A stretch of 64,000 nt of DNA, taken from positions 45,872 through 109,871 of the forward strand of contig CAYSEI010000004.1 in the NCBI GenBank assembly GCA_964430265.1, read 5' to 3'. The notes below the pieces were generated by a model, which was given only the letters and a program-made list of their open reading frames with translations, did not search any database and had not been told where the DNA came from. Each line of letters opens with the position of its first letter. Within the stretch, counting starts at the first letter, position 1. Positions 20,006 to 30,727 of the stretch are shown here, piece after piece. A program made the position numbers and the translations under genes. Origin of the DNA: an uncultured Pseudomonadales bacterium. Lineage in GTDB: Bacteria > Patescibacteriota > Microgenomatia > UBA1400 > CAYXSR01.

Positions 20006-21648
20006 GGGGAAAAATAAAAGATATAATTGCTTTTTTACTTATTTCTTCAGTTAGTTTACTAATCTTATTGCCCCTTTTTAAAAAAGGATTTTTAATAACT
20101 GATGACGGTGATCTACTTTTGATAAGGCTGGGTGGAGTTATTCGTGCAATCAGGAATTTACATTTTCCTGTCAGAATGCTTGATCTATACCATGGCTATG
20201 GTTATCCAGTAATGAATTTTTTATATCCACTGCCCTTTTATTTTGCTTCATTAATATATTTTTTTCTGCCTATAGGTTTGATTGCTACATTTAAGCTGTC
20301 AATTTATTTGTTTAGTGTTTTAGCAGGTATAGGCGCTTATTTGCTAGTCAACCAGGTTTCAAAGAATAGAATGTTGGCTTTTCTAGCTTCTGTTTTGTAT
20401 TTATCCGCTCCCTACCGGTTAATAGCAATTTTTTATCGGGGTTCAATAGGAGAAGTTTTAGCACATTCTTTACTGCCATTTCTTTTTTACTGGATTTATT
20501 TATACAAAGAAGAAAATAAAAACATTTATTTAATAATTTTTAGTTTTTTTGTTTTCTTATTAATTATTTCACATAACGTTATTGCTCTGTTAAGTTTGCT
20601 ATTTTTAGTCTTTTATAATTTTTTTGTTTTAAAAAACAAAAAAGTATGGAAGTATTTAATTCTAGGAATTTTATTAAGTGCATTTTTTTCTGTTCCCGCA
20701 CTAGTGGAAAGAAAGTATACACATGCAGTAAATATTAGTTTATCAGACGCCGGCAGCAGGCTGATTTTATTAAAAGATCTATTTCTTAATACATTTAGCT
20801 TAAAAAAATATTTACCCAATATTGAAAAAGTATTTTATTTAAATATTTCATATCTGTTTATTTTAGTTTTTTCATTGACTGCTTTGTTTTTAATAAAAAG
20901 AAAAAAAAAGAAACAAACAAAAAATATTATTTTTATTTCAGCTTTAATTTTTTTAATTATCTTTTATGTTTCTACTTTTTCCCAATCATTCTGGAGACTG
21001 GCTAAGCCATTGGTTCCATATATTCAGTTTCCTTGGAGGCTTTTAAGTTTATTGGGATTACTGTTTATTCTTTTAATGAGTCATGTATATAAATTTTATA
21101 TGAATAATAAAATAAACAATGATAAAAAAAAGATTATATTCTGGATTTCAATCATATTTTTGTTTTTAAGTTCTGTTTTTTCTATTTACAAAAGCTGGCA
21201 AATGCTTAGGTACAAACAGGTTGATGATGCATATTATTTAACCAACCAGTCAAGTAGTACTACCCAAAATGAATACACGCCGATATGGGTAAAAGAATTT
21301 CCTAAAGAAATGCCTCAGAATTTGATTGAAACAAGTCCAGAAGCAAAAATTAATATTTTAAAAAGAAAAACTCAAAAAATTGTTTTCAGGATTGATGCAA
21401 AAGAAAAAACCTTAATTGCAATCAACAAACATTATTTTCCGGGTTGGACATTATATGTTGAGAATGAAAAAAAAGAATTTAACAAAAAGAATGCTCAAGG
21501 TATAATTAATTTTCAGTTAAACAAAGGGAAGCATCAAGTTGAATTAATTTTTAAAGAAACCAAATTAAGACTTTTTGCTGATTTGATTTCAATTATTGTC
21601 TTTGTTTATTTGTTAAAATTAGGTTGGCAAAAAAATGAAAATTCTTAA
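19999..21648 (+). CDS. GT-C membrane protein ('PTPS-related'/YfhO-like)
   Basis: TDDG, FPVR, GYGYPxxNFxYPL, APYR...RGSIGE, QFPWR, EYxP, YFPGW. Confidence 0.72.
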   Translation: MVRGKIKDIIAFLLISSVSLLILLPLFKKGFLITDDGDLLLIRLGGVIRAIRNLHFPVRMLDLYHGYGYPVMNFLYPLPFYFASLIYFFLPIGLIATFKLSIYLFSVLAGIGAYLLVNQVSKNRMLAFLASVLYLSAPYRLIAIFYRGSIGEVLAHSLLPFLFYWIYLYKEENKNIYLIIFSFFVFLLIISHNVIALLSLLFLVFYNFFVLKNKKVWKYLILGILLSAFFSVPALVERKYTHAVNISLSDAGSRLILLKDLFLNTFSLKKYLPNIEKVFYLNISYLFILVFSLTALFLIKRKKKKQTKNIIFISALIFLIIFYVSTFSQSFWRLAKPLVPYIQFPWRLLSLLGLLFILLMSHVYKFYMNNKINNDKKKIIFWISIIFLFLSSVFSIYKSWQMLRYKQVDDAYYLTNQSSSTTQNEYTPIWVKEFPKEMPQNLIETSPEAKINILKRKTQKIVFRIDAKEKTLIAINKHYFPGWTLYVENEKKEFNKKNAQGIINFQLNKGKHQVELIFKETKLRLFADLISIIVFVYLLKLGWQKNENS

Positions 21649-23347
21649 TTTTTTTAAAAAACACTATTACTTATTTTTCTTGTTGTTGCTTGCAATATTA
21701 GCTGGCCGGCCCCTTTTTCAAGCTGGTTATTTTTCTTATCATGATTATCAGCATCTTGCCAGGTTTGCGGAGTTGGATAAAGCAATTAAATCCGGTCATT
21801 TTCCAGTTCGCTGGAGTGAAAATTTAGGGTTTGGTTACGGTTATCCGATTTTTGTCTTTTATCCGCCTTTAATTTATTATTTGGCAGAAATTTTTCATTT
21901 AATAGGGTTTTCATTTATTGTTTCTTTTAAAATGATGCTCTTTTTAGGCTTTTTGCTGTCTGCTTATTTTATGTATTTATTGGTCAAAGAATTATTAGGA
22001 AAGCATGCAGGTTTTTTGTCTAGTGCATTGTATCTTTTTGTTCCCTATAGGGCAGTAACTATCTATGTCAGGGGAGCAATGGCGGGATTTTTTTCTTTTG
22101 TTTGGATTCCGGCTGTTTTTTGGTCCCTCATAAAGTTTGACAAAACCAAAAAAAGAAAATTCCTTTTTTTGTCTGCTTTATTTACCAGCCTAGTTATTAT
22201 TACTCATAGTTTAATTGCTCTACCTTTTGCTTTTTTTCTTGCTTGTTTTGTTTTTTACTTATTTTTTAAAAGTGAGTTTAAGAATATAAAAGAGTATTTG
22301 ATTTATGGACTGCTGACTTTAGGAATGAGCTGTTTTTTCTGGCTGCCTTCTCTGGCATTAAAAGAATACACTTTAGTGGACAGGATTCTTACAACTGAAT
22401 TAGCAAATTATAAAATCCATTTTGTATACCCTCAGCAGTTGTGGGATTCACTATGGGCTTTTGGTGGTTCAGTAGAAGGCTTATTGGATGGAATGTCTTT
22501 TAAGATTGGAAAGTTACATATTATTTTTGCAGGGCTTTCCATAATCTTATTAGTATTTGCCAATAAAACTAAAAAGAAAATAAAAAAATATATGTATATA
22601 TTTTCAATCTTTTTAATTGTATCGATATATTTAACTTTGAAAATCAGCAAACCTGTTTGGGATATATTCAAACCTTTATGGTATCTGCAGTTTCCCTGGC
22701 GTTTTTTACTTTTTATCAGCCTTTTTATTTCAATACTATCAGGCTTCTGGCTGACTTTTATTAAGAAAAAAAAGATAAGAATTTTATTTTTAATCTTAGT
22801 TATTACTTTGCTTTTGCAGTATAATTTAAAACTTTTTTGGCCCCAGTTTATCTTTCCTGAAAAAAAAGATGCAGACTATATAAACCAAGAACGGATTAAA
22901 TGGGAAGTAAGTAAGTCTTCTTTTGAATACCTTCCCAAAGGAGTAGAACTAAAAATAGGGGAAAACAATACTTCTACAGTAGCAATTTCAAAAGATGAAG
23001 TGGCAAAAGGAATAGGGAATATTGTATCAGGTAAAGGAAGTGTTAAAATAGTAATGGATAAGCCACATAATAATTTACTGGAAGTCAAAGCAGAGGAACC
23101 GCTTGTTTATCGTTTTAACACCACTAATTTTATCGGCTGGAAAGCATATTTAAACGGAAAGCGGATTTCTATTCAGGATGATAATAAGTTAAAATTAATA
23201 ACTGTTAGTGTTCCAAAAGGCGAATACAGGCTTAAACTGGTTTTCAAAAATAGGATTATACAGATGTCTAATTACATATCATTATTAAGTTATTTGATTT
23301 GGGGTTATCTTTTTTATGGACTCCTCCGAAACAAGAGAATACACTAA
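21635..23347 (+). CDS. GT-C membrane protein ('PTPS-related'/YfhO-like), paralog of the previous gene
   Basis: HDYQH, FPVRW, GYGYPIFxFYPPL, PYR...RGA, QFPWR, EYLP. Confidence 0.72.
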   Translation: MKILNFFKKHYYLFFLLLLAILAGRPLFQAGYFSYHDYQHLARFAELDKAIKSGHFPVRWSENLGFGYGYPIFVFYPPLIYYLAEIFHLIGFSFIVSFKMMLFLGFLLSAYFMYLLVKELLGKHAGFLSSALYLFVPYRAVTIYVRGAMAGFFSFVWIPAVFWSLIKFDKTKKRKFLFLSALFTSLVIITHSLIALPFAFFLACFVFYLFFKSEFKNIKEYLIYGLLTLGMSCFFWLPSLALKEYTLVDRILTTELANYKIHFVYPQQLWDSLWAFGGSVEGLLDGMSFKIGKLHIIFAGLSIILLVFANKTKKKIKKYMYIFSIFLIVSIYLTLKISKPVWDIFKPLWYLQFPWRFLLFISLFISILSGFWLTFIKKKKIRILFLILVITLLLQYNLKLFWPQFIFPEKKDADYINQERIKWEVSKSSFEYLPKGVELKIGENNTSTVAISKDEVAKGIGNIVSGKGSVKIVMDKPHNNLLEVKAEEPLVYRFNTTNFIGWKAYLNGKRISIQDDNKLKLITVSVPKGEYRLKLVFKNRIIQMSNYISLLSYLIWGYLFYGLLRNKRIH

Positions 23348-24764
23348 AAATACTGTCAAAGGAATTACTGCTTTAGCTGGAAGAACCTTGTTTTCGCAAG
23401 TAGTGGCGGTCCTTGCTACTTTTGGTCTGACTATATTTCTTTCTCCGGCTGAATACGGTGTGTTTTTTGCAGTATCCGCTTTAATTAACTTTTTAGTTTA
23501 TTTTTCCGATATTGGCCTGGCAGCTGCCTTGGTGCAGAAAAAAAAGATAACTGATAAGGAAATTTCAACAACCTTTGTTATACAGCAAATTCTGGTTGTA
23601 TTACTTAGCGCGGTTTCTTTGCTTTTAACCTCAAGAATTGCCCAGTTTTATAACCTTGGGGAGGCAGGGAAATATCTAATTATGGCTTTAATTGCCAGTT
23701 TTTTCCTTTCTTCTTTAAAAACAATTCCCACGATACTCTTGGAGAGGGAACTTAAATTTCACAGGCTGGTAATACCCCAAATTTTGGAGCAGGTGGTTTT
23801 TTATTCAGTGGCAGTATTTCTTGCTTGGAAGGGAAAGGGCATTAGTTCTTTTACTTATGCTGTTTTATTAAGAGGGATTATTGGAGTAGTTTCAATCTAT
23901 ATTATTAAACCGTATATTCCTAGACTACATATACAAAAAAGTGTAGCTAAAAACTTAATTGGAACTGGTGCATTTTTTCAAGCCAACTCAATACTTGCGC
24001 TTCTAAAAGATGACTTAATGGTGCTTTTTCTGGGTAAAATTTTGCCTATGACTCAAGTAGGATATATTGGATGGGGGCAGAAGTGGGCCTTTTTCCCGTT
24101 AAAATTTGTACTTAACAATGTGAATAAAGTTTCTTTTCCCGCTTATTCCCGCGTACAAAATACAAAAGAATTGCTTAAAAAAGCATTGGAAAAAACTATT
24201 TACTGGATGTCAGTTTTAATATTTCCAATGATGACGGGTATGATTCTTAGTGTGCCTTTGTTTATTGAATTTTTCCCCCAATACAGTAAATGGCAGCCGG
24301 CAGTGATTATACTTGTATTTTATTGTTTGAACGGTATTTTTGGATCCTTGTCCAATATATTTACTAACATGCTTAATGCAACGGGAAGAATTAAAACTAC
24401 TTTAAAGATTATGGTTGGAATGACGATTTTAAACTGGGTATTAACCTTAACAGGCATTGAAGTTTTTGGCTATACGGGTGTAGCGGTTGCTTCCTGGCTG
24501 GTGGCTGTTTTTGGCATGGTTGCAGGTATTCATGTTAAAAAGTTTTTGGAATTCAGTTTTTGGAAGCATATTTTTCCTGCCATTGTAAGCACCTTACTGA
24601 TGATTCTGGTTTTTCTGGGATTAAAACATATTTTAATCAGCAATTTAATAACTCTTTTTATGGGAATTGCTCTAAGTGCAATTGTATACATATTAAGTCT
24701 GATTATCTTTTTTAAAAAAATGTTTTTAAAAGAATTGGATTTTGTGATTAAACAATGGAGATAA
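23316..24764 (+). CDS. wzx: Wzx/MOP-family oligosaccharide flippase
   Basis: LSPAEYG, FSDIGLAAALVQKK, LLERELKF, VSFPAYSR; hydrophobic throughout. Confidence 0.85.
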   Translation: MDSSETREYTKNTVKGITALAGRTLFSQVVAVLATFGLTIFLSPAEYGVFFAVSALINFLVYFSDIGLAAALVQKKKITDKEISTTFVIQQILVVLLSAVSLLLTSRIAQFYNLGEAGKYLIMALIASFFLSSLKTIPTILLERELKFHRLVIPQILEQVVFYSVAVFLAWKGKGISSFTYAVLLRGIIGVVSIYIIKPYIPRLHIQKSVAKNLIGTGAFFQANSILALLKDDLMVLFLGKILPMTQVGYIGWGQKWAFFPLKFVLNNVNKVSFPAYSRVQNTKELLKKALEKTIYWMSVLIFPMMTGMILSVPLFIEFFPQYSKWQPAVIILVFYCLNGIFGSLSNIFTNMLNATGRIKTTLKIMVGMTILNWVLTLTGIEVFGYTGVAVASWLVAVFGMVAGIHVKKFLEFSFWKHIFPAIVSTLLMILVFLGLKHILISNLITLFMGIALSAIVYILSLIIFFKKMFLKELDFVIKQWR

Positions 24765-27163
24765 AAAAACACTGGATTATTTTTTTAATCTTAATAGTTA
24801 TAGTCCTAGTGGTTTTTCGCCAAGTTTTTTTAAATAACAGGATTCCTTTTTCTTCAAATCTATTAGTCTCTCTTTTTCAGCCTTGGTTTTCCCAGTACGG
24901 TAGTACTGTTCCTAATAAGGCAATCGGCTGGGATAACCTAAGAATTTTTTATCCTCAGAGAGTATTTGCGCAAAATTTATTAAGCAATTTTAAAATTCCT
25001 TTTTGGAATCCTTATAATTTTTCCGGAAATGTGCATTTGGGCAATTCACAGACAGCAACTTTTTATCCGCTTAATATTCTATATTTCATTTTTTCTTCAA
25101 TTAACACCTGGACAATATTGGTTATTTTAGGCTTTTTAATGACAGGATATTTTACCTATTTATTTGTGAATAGTTTATTGGACAACAAAAAAGCTGCTTT
25201 ATTATCTACTTTTGCTTTTATGTTTTCCGGCCCTTTAATGGTAAGGGTGGAGGATGGTTTGGTAATAATGCATTCTATTTTATGGCTGCCCTTGGTTTTA
25301 TATGGCATTGAAATGTTTTTCAAATTAAAAAAGAAAAAATACTTGTTCTTAGCATATCTGGGTATTTTTTCTTCTATTACTTCCGGATGGTTTCAGTTTA
25401 CCTTTTATTTACTTGCCTTGTCCTTTGTCTATTCTTTTTATAAATTATTAAAGACTAAATGGATAAAAAATAATATTAAAAGTCTGCTTATCTTCAAACT
25501 TTTCTGGATTTTTACTTTGGGGAGTACAGCTTTTCATTTTCTTCCTTCAGTTCAAGCCCTTTTTCTATCTCCAAGGGGTGGAGGAGCGCCTCAGCATTTT
25601 ATTGACCAGTTTTTATTGGGTAGAGAAGGATGGTTTACTTTAATTGCACCTGATTTTTTTGGCAACCCGACAACTTATAATTATTTTGGCAGTTCTTTTT
25701 ATAAGGAAAGAGTATTGTTTATCAGTATAGTTCCTCTATTTTTTGCCTTATTTCAAATGTTTGACAATTTTTTCAAAAATAAAAGGCTGAGCCTTTGGGC
25801 ATATATAAGTATTTTTTGCTTTTTGCTTGGATTTAGAAATCCTTTAAGCATTGTTTTACTTAAATCGGAAATACCAGTAATCTCCAGCTTTGTTCCCAGT
25901 CGTATTTTTATTGTCAGTAGTTTTAGTTTAAGTGTATTAGCTGGTTATGGACTAAAAAACTTTTTAAACTGGCTTAAAAATGCTAAAAAAGCCTCCTGGC
26001 TGTCTTTAAGCTTGACTTCAGCACTCTTTATTTTCTTTTTTCTCAGTATTTTAGCTGTTTTTTATCCGCAAGTACCTTTGAATGTTTATGATGAATTAAG
26101 AAGCGTTGGGGAAAATAACCTGAATACTGCTTTAAGAAATACAATTCTGCCATTTGCCAGCTTTTTGACTGCTTTGGGCCTGATAGGAATTGGCTTGTCC
26201 TTTAAAAAGAAAGTGACTAAATTTATCTGGCTGTCTATTACATTAATTCCTTTACTTTTCGGCATATATTATGCAGACAAATATTTATACTTTTCTGAAA
26301 GAAAATTTGTTTTCCCTCAGCATCCGGTTTGGGAGCAGCTGCAAAAATACAAAAATGATCATTACCGTTTCTGGTCATACGGAAAAGGCCATGTAGAATC
26401 TAATTTTTCCACTTATTATCAGGTCTATTCTCCTGAAGGGGTGGATGCTATGTATCCGCGCTGGTATGCACAGCTTTTTAGCGGCTGTAAGACTGAAGGA
26501 AAATTTACCGAGGAGGTAATGCGTATTGAAGCGGAAGTCTGCGGTGCAGATTCTTTTTATGAATCTGAAAACCATTATCAGCAAAGGCTTTTAGATCTTT
26601 TAAGCGTTAAATATATTACAAAGCTGACAAACAAGAAAGTTTTAGAAAATGCAAGTTTACTTTGGGAAAACGATAAATGGCAGATTTGGGAAAGACAAAA
26701 TATCCAGCCTCGTGCCTATCTGGTTTCTGACTATGTTTTAGCTGCAAATGAAAAAGACTCATTGGAAAAAACGTATTCTCAAAAACTTGATTTAAATAAA
26801 CAAATTGTTTTGCAAAAAGATCCGCAAATAGAAAAAAATGGTCAAAGCATTAAAAAAGCAGAAATAATTGAGTACAAGCCGAATAAAGTGAAAATTAAAT
26901 CTCAAGCAGAAAAAGAAGCTCTTTTATATTTATCAGACACGTATTATCCGGAATGGGAAGCCTTTGTGGACAATAAAAAAACAGAAGTTTTAAAAGCAAA
27001 CCATGCTTTCCGCGCCATAGTTGTGCCTGAGGGAAATCACGAAGTAGTTTTCAAATATACGGGAAAAGCATTTAAAAAAGGACTTGTTATTAGTTTTGTT
27101 AGTATAATAGGATTGACAATTCTGTTTATAAAAAAGGATTTTACAAATGAAAAAAAAGATTAA
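24755..27163 (+). CDS. YfhO-family membrane glycosyltransferase
   Basis: PFWNPYNFSGNxHLGN...FYPLN, PDFFGNP, LSDTYYPEWxAFVD...FRAIVVPEGNHEVVF. Confidence 0.82.
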   Translation: MEIKKHWIIFLILIVIVLVVFRQVFLNNRIPFSSNLLVSLFQPWFSQYGSTVPNKAIGWDNLRIFYPQRVFAQNLLSNFKIPFWNPYNFSGNVHLGNSQTATFYPLNILYFIFSSINTWTILVILGFLMTGYFTYLFVNSLLDNKKAALLSTFAFMFSGPLMVRVEDGLVIMHSILWLPLVLYGIEMFFKLKKKKYLFLAYLGIFSSITSGWFQFTFYLLALSFVYSFYKLLKTKWIKNNIKSLLIFKLFWIFTLGSTAFHFLPSVQALFLSPRGGGAPQHFIDQFLLGREGWFTLIAPDFFGNPTTYNYFGSSFYKERVLFISIVPLFFALFQMFDNFFKNKRLSLWAYISIFCFLLGFRNPLSIVLLKSEIPVISSFVPSRIFIVSSFSLSVLAGYGLKNFLNWLKNAKKASWLSLSLTSALFIFFFLSILAVFYPQVPLNVYDELRSVGENNLNTALRNTILPFASFLTALGLIGIGLSFKKKVTKFIWLSITLIPLLFGIYYADKYLYFSERKFVFPQHPVWEQLQKYKNDHYRFWSYGKGHVESNFSTYYQVYSPEGVDAMYPRWYAQLFSGCKTEGKFTEEVMRIEAEVCGADSFYESENHYQQRLLDLLSVKYITKLTNKKVLENASLLWENDKWQIWERQNIQPRAYLVSDYVLAANEKDSLEKTYSQKLDLNKQIVLQKDPQIEKNGQSIKKAEIIEYKPNKVKIKSQAEKEALLYLSDTYYPEWEAFVDNKKTEVLKANHAFRAIVVPEGNHEVVFKYTGKAFKKGLVISFVSIIGLTILFIKKDFTNEKKD

Positions 27164-27992
27164 ACTATTTTCAATTGTTTTAAACTACAGCCGGCCTAAA
27201 GAGACTATCAATGCGGTAAAATCTCTACAAAAACAGGAAGGTGAATTTAAGCAACAGATTGTGGTTGTAGACAATTCAGAAAAGGGAAATATCAGTTTAA
27301 AAGAGTTTGAGGATCAGGAAGATATCCATTTGATCAAAATAGAAAAAAACCTTGGTTACAGCAAGGGAAATAATAGGGGAATAGAGTATGCCTTGGAAAA
27401 AGAAGCAGACTATGTTCTTCTTTTAAATGATGATGCATACTTAAGCAAGGATTGTATAGATAAAATGCTTAAAATAATGGAGAAAAGCAAAAATACAGGA
27501 ATTGCTTCTCCCAAAATATTTTTTGCTCCGGGATATGAGTATCACAAGAAGAAATATGAAAAAGACGATAAAGGCAAAGTTATTTGGTATGCCGGCGGAG
27601 TAATTGATTGGGATAATATACTGGCATCACACCAAGGTGTAGATAAGATTAATAAAAGCAACTTTGACAAGATAGAAAAAACTGATTTTGCTTCAGGATG
27701 CGTAATGCTGATAAAAGCGGAAGTTTTTAATAAAATCGGACTACTGGATCCCAAGTACTTTATGTACTGGGAGGACGTTGATTTTTGCCAGCGTGCAAAA
27801 CAAGCGGGCTACAAAGTTATATATATTGGTAAAGCAGAGGCTTGGCACAAGAACTTGGGAACAGTCAAAGGAGAAGAAAATGAGTTAAAAGAAAAATATA
27901 TGGCTTGGTCACGTCTATTGTTTGCTTTTAAATACGCACCTCTTAAAACAAAACTTCTTTTAATGAAAAAGTTTCTATCTACCTGGGTTTAA
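27147..27992 (+). CDS. GT2 glycosyltransferase (rhamnosyltransferase-like)
   Basis: LNY, VVDN, NLGYxxGNNxG, LLNDD, SGCVML, FMYWEDVDF. Confidence 0.85.
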   Translation: MKKKIKLFSIVLNYSRPKETINAVKSLQKQEGEFKQQIVVVDNSEKGNISLKEFEDQEDIHLIKIEKNLGYSKGNNRGIEYALEKEADYVLLLNDDAYLSKDCIDKMLKIMEKSKNTGIASPKIFFAPGYEYHKKKYEKDDKGKVIWYAGGVIDWDNILASHQGVDKINKSNFDKIEKTDFASGCVMLIKAEVFNKIGLLDPKYFMYWEDVDFCQRAKQAGYKVIYIGKAEAWHKNLGTVKGEENELKEKYMAWSRLLFAFKYAPLKTKLLLMKKFLSTWV

Positions 27993-29604
27993 GCATGCGA
28001 ATGTTATCAAAGTTTGTATTGCTGACAGGAGTATATTTTTCTTCCAGTTCCGTAAGAATTTCTTGGTATGATCCTGGAAATTTATTCTGATAATTATCGT
28101 ATGCAGACTGATTAAACAAAAAAATGTCCGCCTTTTTATTTCTAATAGTATCAAGCATTGCATTATTCAGACGCTTTGGCCAATCCATCCAGGGATAGTA
28201 ATAGATGAGAATGTTTGCGGGTATGCGATCCGGGAAGTAGAATACTGAAGTTGTTAAATTAACCTGAGTGATTTTTGCGTTCTTGTCAGTGTTTTCTTTA
28301 ATATATTGGGTAACTTTTGGGTATGGGTCTTTAAGAATAAAAGAAGTGCTGAACTTAAATTCAGGTCTGTTTTTTGTATAGTAAGCAAATAAAAGAAAGC
28401 ACAAGAATAAAAAGGGGAGGATTTTTTTCTTTTTTAGCTGTTTTATTGCATACACGGCAAAAAAACCCGCCAGCCAGAAGCTGTAGATATAAAAAGCGGT
28501 GATATGAAACTTTTCTCCAAAGCGCAGCCTAGCGGAAAAAAGAAAGAATGCACTTAATGCAAGTGCTTGTAATTTCTTTTTTTTAAGAAAAACAAACAAT
28601 CCTAGAAGGATAAAAACAAATACAAAAAATTCAAATGTAAACAGCTGATTGTAGTTTTGTTCGTTTATCATAAATAAATGCTTTTTAAAGGTTTGAAAAT
28701 CAAGGGTTTTTATAAAGTCTAAGCTGATTCCCTTGAGTGCTTTTAAATAGGTTGACCCCACAATTACAAGCGTTTTAGATAACTGGTAAAAATGGTTAAG
28801 AAAATCAATGATAAACTTTTTTATTAGACCAGGGAATTTAGGACCGGTTATACCGTATCTAATTGCATAAAATTCAGCGTTGAAAACAAATAAGGACCAG
28901 AATGCAGGATAAAGCGCATTTTTTAAAAGATAATAAAAAATAAATACAGCGGTTCCAATTATATTGGGAAGGAAAAAATATTTTAAATTAGTTTTGTTTA
29001 AGGAGTCCTTTTTGTTTTGGTAAAAATATATTGCGAAAAAAGGTAAAAAGGAAAGCGAATAAATTATTGAATTGGCAATAGTGGTAAACATAAAATATGC
29101 CAATAAAAGAAGTTCGGGTTTGGAAAAACTAAGTTTTTTATCCTGCCAAAGCTTGTTTATAAACATTAAATAAAAACCCAGTAATGAGTAAGCAAAAAAA
29201 GTTTCCGAAGAAAACTGCTGGCCCCCAAACAATATTAGACTCCAAGAAATTAAAGGCAGGCAAATAATTGTAGCCTTACGGATTTCCTTGTCCAGAATTT
29301 TAATCATTAATATCCAGAATATTAAGGCGTAGAAAACCATAAAATATCTGTAAATAATAAGTTTATGCACAAAAAGTTCAATAAAAGCACTGATGTAATA
29401 CATCAAAGGGAAATGGTGTGAGAAAATATCCTTATAAAGGATACGTCCTTTGGTAATCAGCCATCCAATGGCAAAATTATCCATTTCGTCAGGATAGAAA
29501 CCCTTGTCAAAAGTTATCAGTCTGATTTTCATCCAGATGCCCAAAAACAATAAGGGGAGAACTAGCGGAAATAATTTGTTTTTTATCTTATTTTGCATTA
29601 TCAT
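27979..29604 (-). CDS. GT-C-like membrane glycosyltransferase, inverted relative to the locus
   Basis: PDEMDN...GRILYKDIFSHHFPL in the first loop; many TM segments plus a soluble C-terminus. Confidence 0.65.
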   Translation of the reverse strand: MIMQNKIKNKLFPLVLPLLFLGIWMKIRLITFDKGFYPDEMDNFAIGWLITKGRILYKDIFSHHFPLMYYISAFIELFVHKLIIYRYFMVFYALIFWILMIKILDKEIRKATIICLPLISWSLILFGGQQFSSETFFAYSLLGFYLMFINKLWQDKKLSFSKPELLLLAYFMFTTIANSIIYSLSFLPFFAIYFYQNKKDSLNKTNLKYFFLPNIIGTAVFIFYYLLKNALYPAFWSLFVFNAEFYAIRYGITGPKFPGLIKKFIIDFLNHFYQLSKTLVIVGSTYLKALKGISLDFIKTLDFQTFKKHLFMINEQNYNQLFTFEFFVFVFILLGLFVFLKKKKLQALALSAFFLFSARLRFGEKFHITAFYIYSFWLAGFFAVYAIKQLKKKKILPFLFLCFLLFAYYTKNRPEFKFSTSFILKDPYPKVTQYIKENTDKNAKITQVNLTTSVFYFPDRIPANILIYYYPWMDWPKRLNNAMLDTIRNKKADIFLFNQSAYDNYQNKFPGSYQEILTELEEKYTPVSNTNFDNIRMLKPR

Positions 29605-29640
29605 CTAATTTAGTACCTGATATAATATTTTATCAAAAAG

Positions 29641-30711
29641 ATGAATAAGATTGGAATATTCAGTCCCTACTTAGACAGTTTAGGCGGCGGGGAAAAGTAT
29701 TTTTTAACTCTTGCAGAGTGTCTTTCAGGCGAATATGCTGTGGAAATTTTTTGGAAAGACAAGCAAATTATTAAGCAAGCTGAAGAGCGTTTTAATCTTG
29801 ATTTAAGCGGAGTTACTATAAACAAAAACAATTACCGCTTATTCAAAAAAAGGAATTTTTTAAATAAGCTAAAAGAGATAAGACAATACAATTCCCTTTT
29901 TTTTCTTTCGGACGGAAGCATACCCTTTTTATTTGCAAAGAATAACTTTATTCATTTTCAGGTTCCTTACCAAAATTTAAGGACTAGTTTATTAACTAAA
30001 GCCAAGCTGTCACTGGTAAATACACTTTTTTGCAACTCGAAATTTACCAAAAAACACATTGACACAAAACTTGGAGTTAATAGCAAAGTAATATATCCTC
30101 CAGTTAATGTCAATGATTTTAGTCCCTTGGAAAAAGAAAATATAATTTTGTCGGTGGGAAGATATGACAATTTGGAACAGAATAAAAATCAAGCACTAAT
30201 GATTGACGTTTTTAAGCAAATGCAAAAAAAAGAAAACAACAATTGGAAATTTATTTTAGCCGGAGGAGTGAGTACGCCTGAAGGAGAAAGGAATTTTAAA
30301 AAATTGCAAGAAAATGCTGTAGAAGAAGAAATTGAGCTCTACAAAAATATTGGATTTAAGAAGCTTAAAGAGCTGTATGGGAAAGCCAAAATATATTGGC
30401 ATGCGGCCGGACACGGACAAGATTTAAGAATTAATCCGCAAAAAGCAGAGCATTTTGGCATAACAACCGTTGAAGCAATGGCCTCGGGATGTGTTCCTGT
30501 AGTTATTAATGCAGGCGGCCAAAAAGAGATTGTAAAACATAATTTAAACGGGTTTCTATGGAAAACTGAAAAGGATTTAATAACAATGACATTAAAATTG
30601 ATCAAAGACAAGAATTTGTGCAAAAGCATGAGTAAACAAGCATTACAGGATAGTAGAAAATATAGTAAAGACAGGTTCTGTCAACAAATAAAAGAACTAT
30701 TAGCTAAATAA
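29641..30711 (+). CDS. GT4 glycosyltransferase
   Basis: LGGGE, NSKFT, IYPPV, SVGR, EHFGITTVEAMASG. Confidence 0.9.
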   Translation: MNKIGIFSPYLDSLGGGEKYFLTLAECLSGEYAVEIFWKDKQIIKQAEERFNLDLSGVTINKNNYRLFKKRNFLNKLKEIRQYNSLFFLSDGSIPFLFAKNNFIHFQVPYQNLRTSLLTKAKLSLVNTLFCNSKFTKKHIDTKLGVNSKVIYPPVNVNDFSPLEKENIILSVGRYDNLEQNKNQALMIDVFKQMQKKENNNWKFILAGGVSTPEGERNFKKLQENAVEEEIELYKNIGFKKLKELYGKAKIYWHAAGHGQDLRINPQKAEHFGITTVEAMASGCVPVVINAGGQKEIVKHNLNGFLWKTEKDLITMTLKLIKDKNLCKSMSKQALQDSRKYSKDRFCQQIKELLAK

Positions 30712-30727
30712 TTATATAAATAAACTA

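Noticed and set aside
20890-20910. Intragenic A8-A9/T8-T9 runs as phase-variation tracts (example here)
   Set aside because: Expected from Lys/Phe codons at this AT content; the frames are intact and no frameshifted GT was seen.
19999-23347. Pterin biosynthesis role suggested by the 'PTPS-related' family name
   Set aside because: These are polytopic membrane proteins with GT-C-like loops and no T-fold PTPS motifs.
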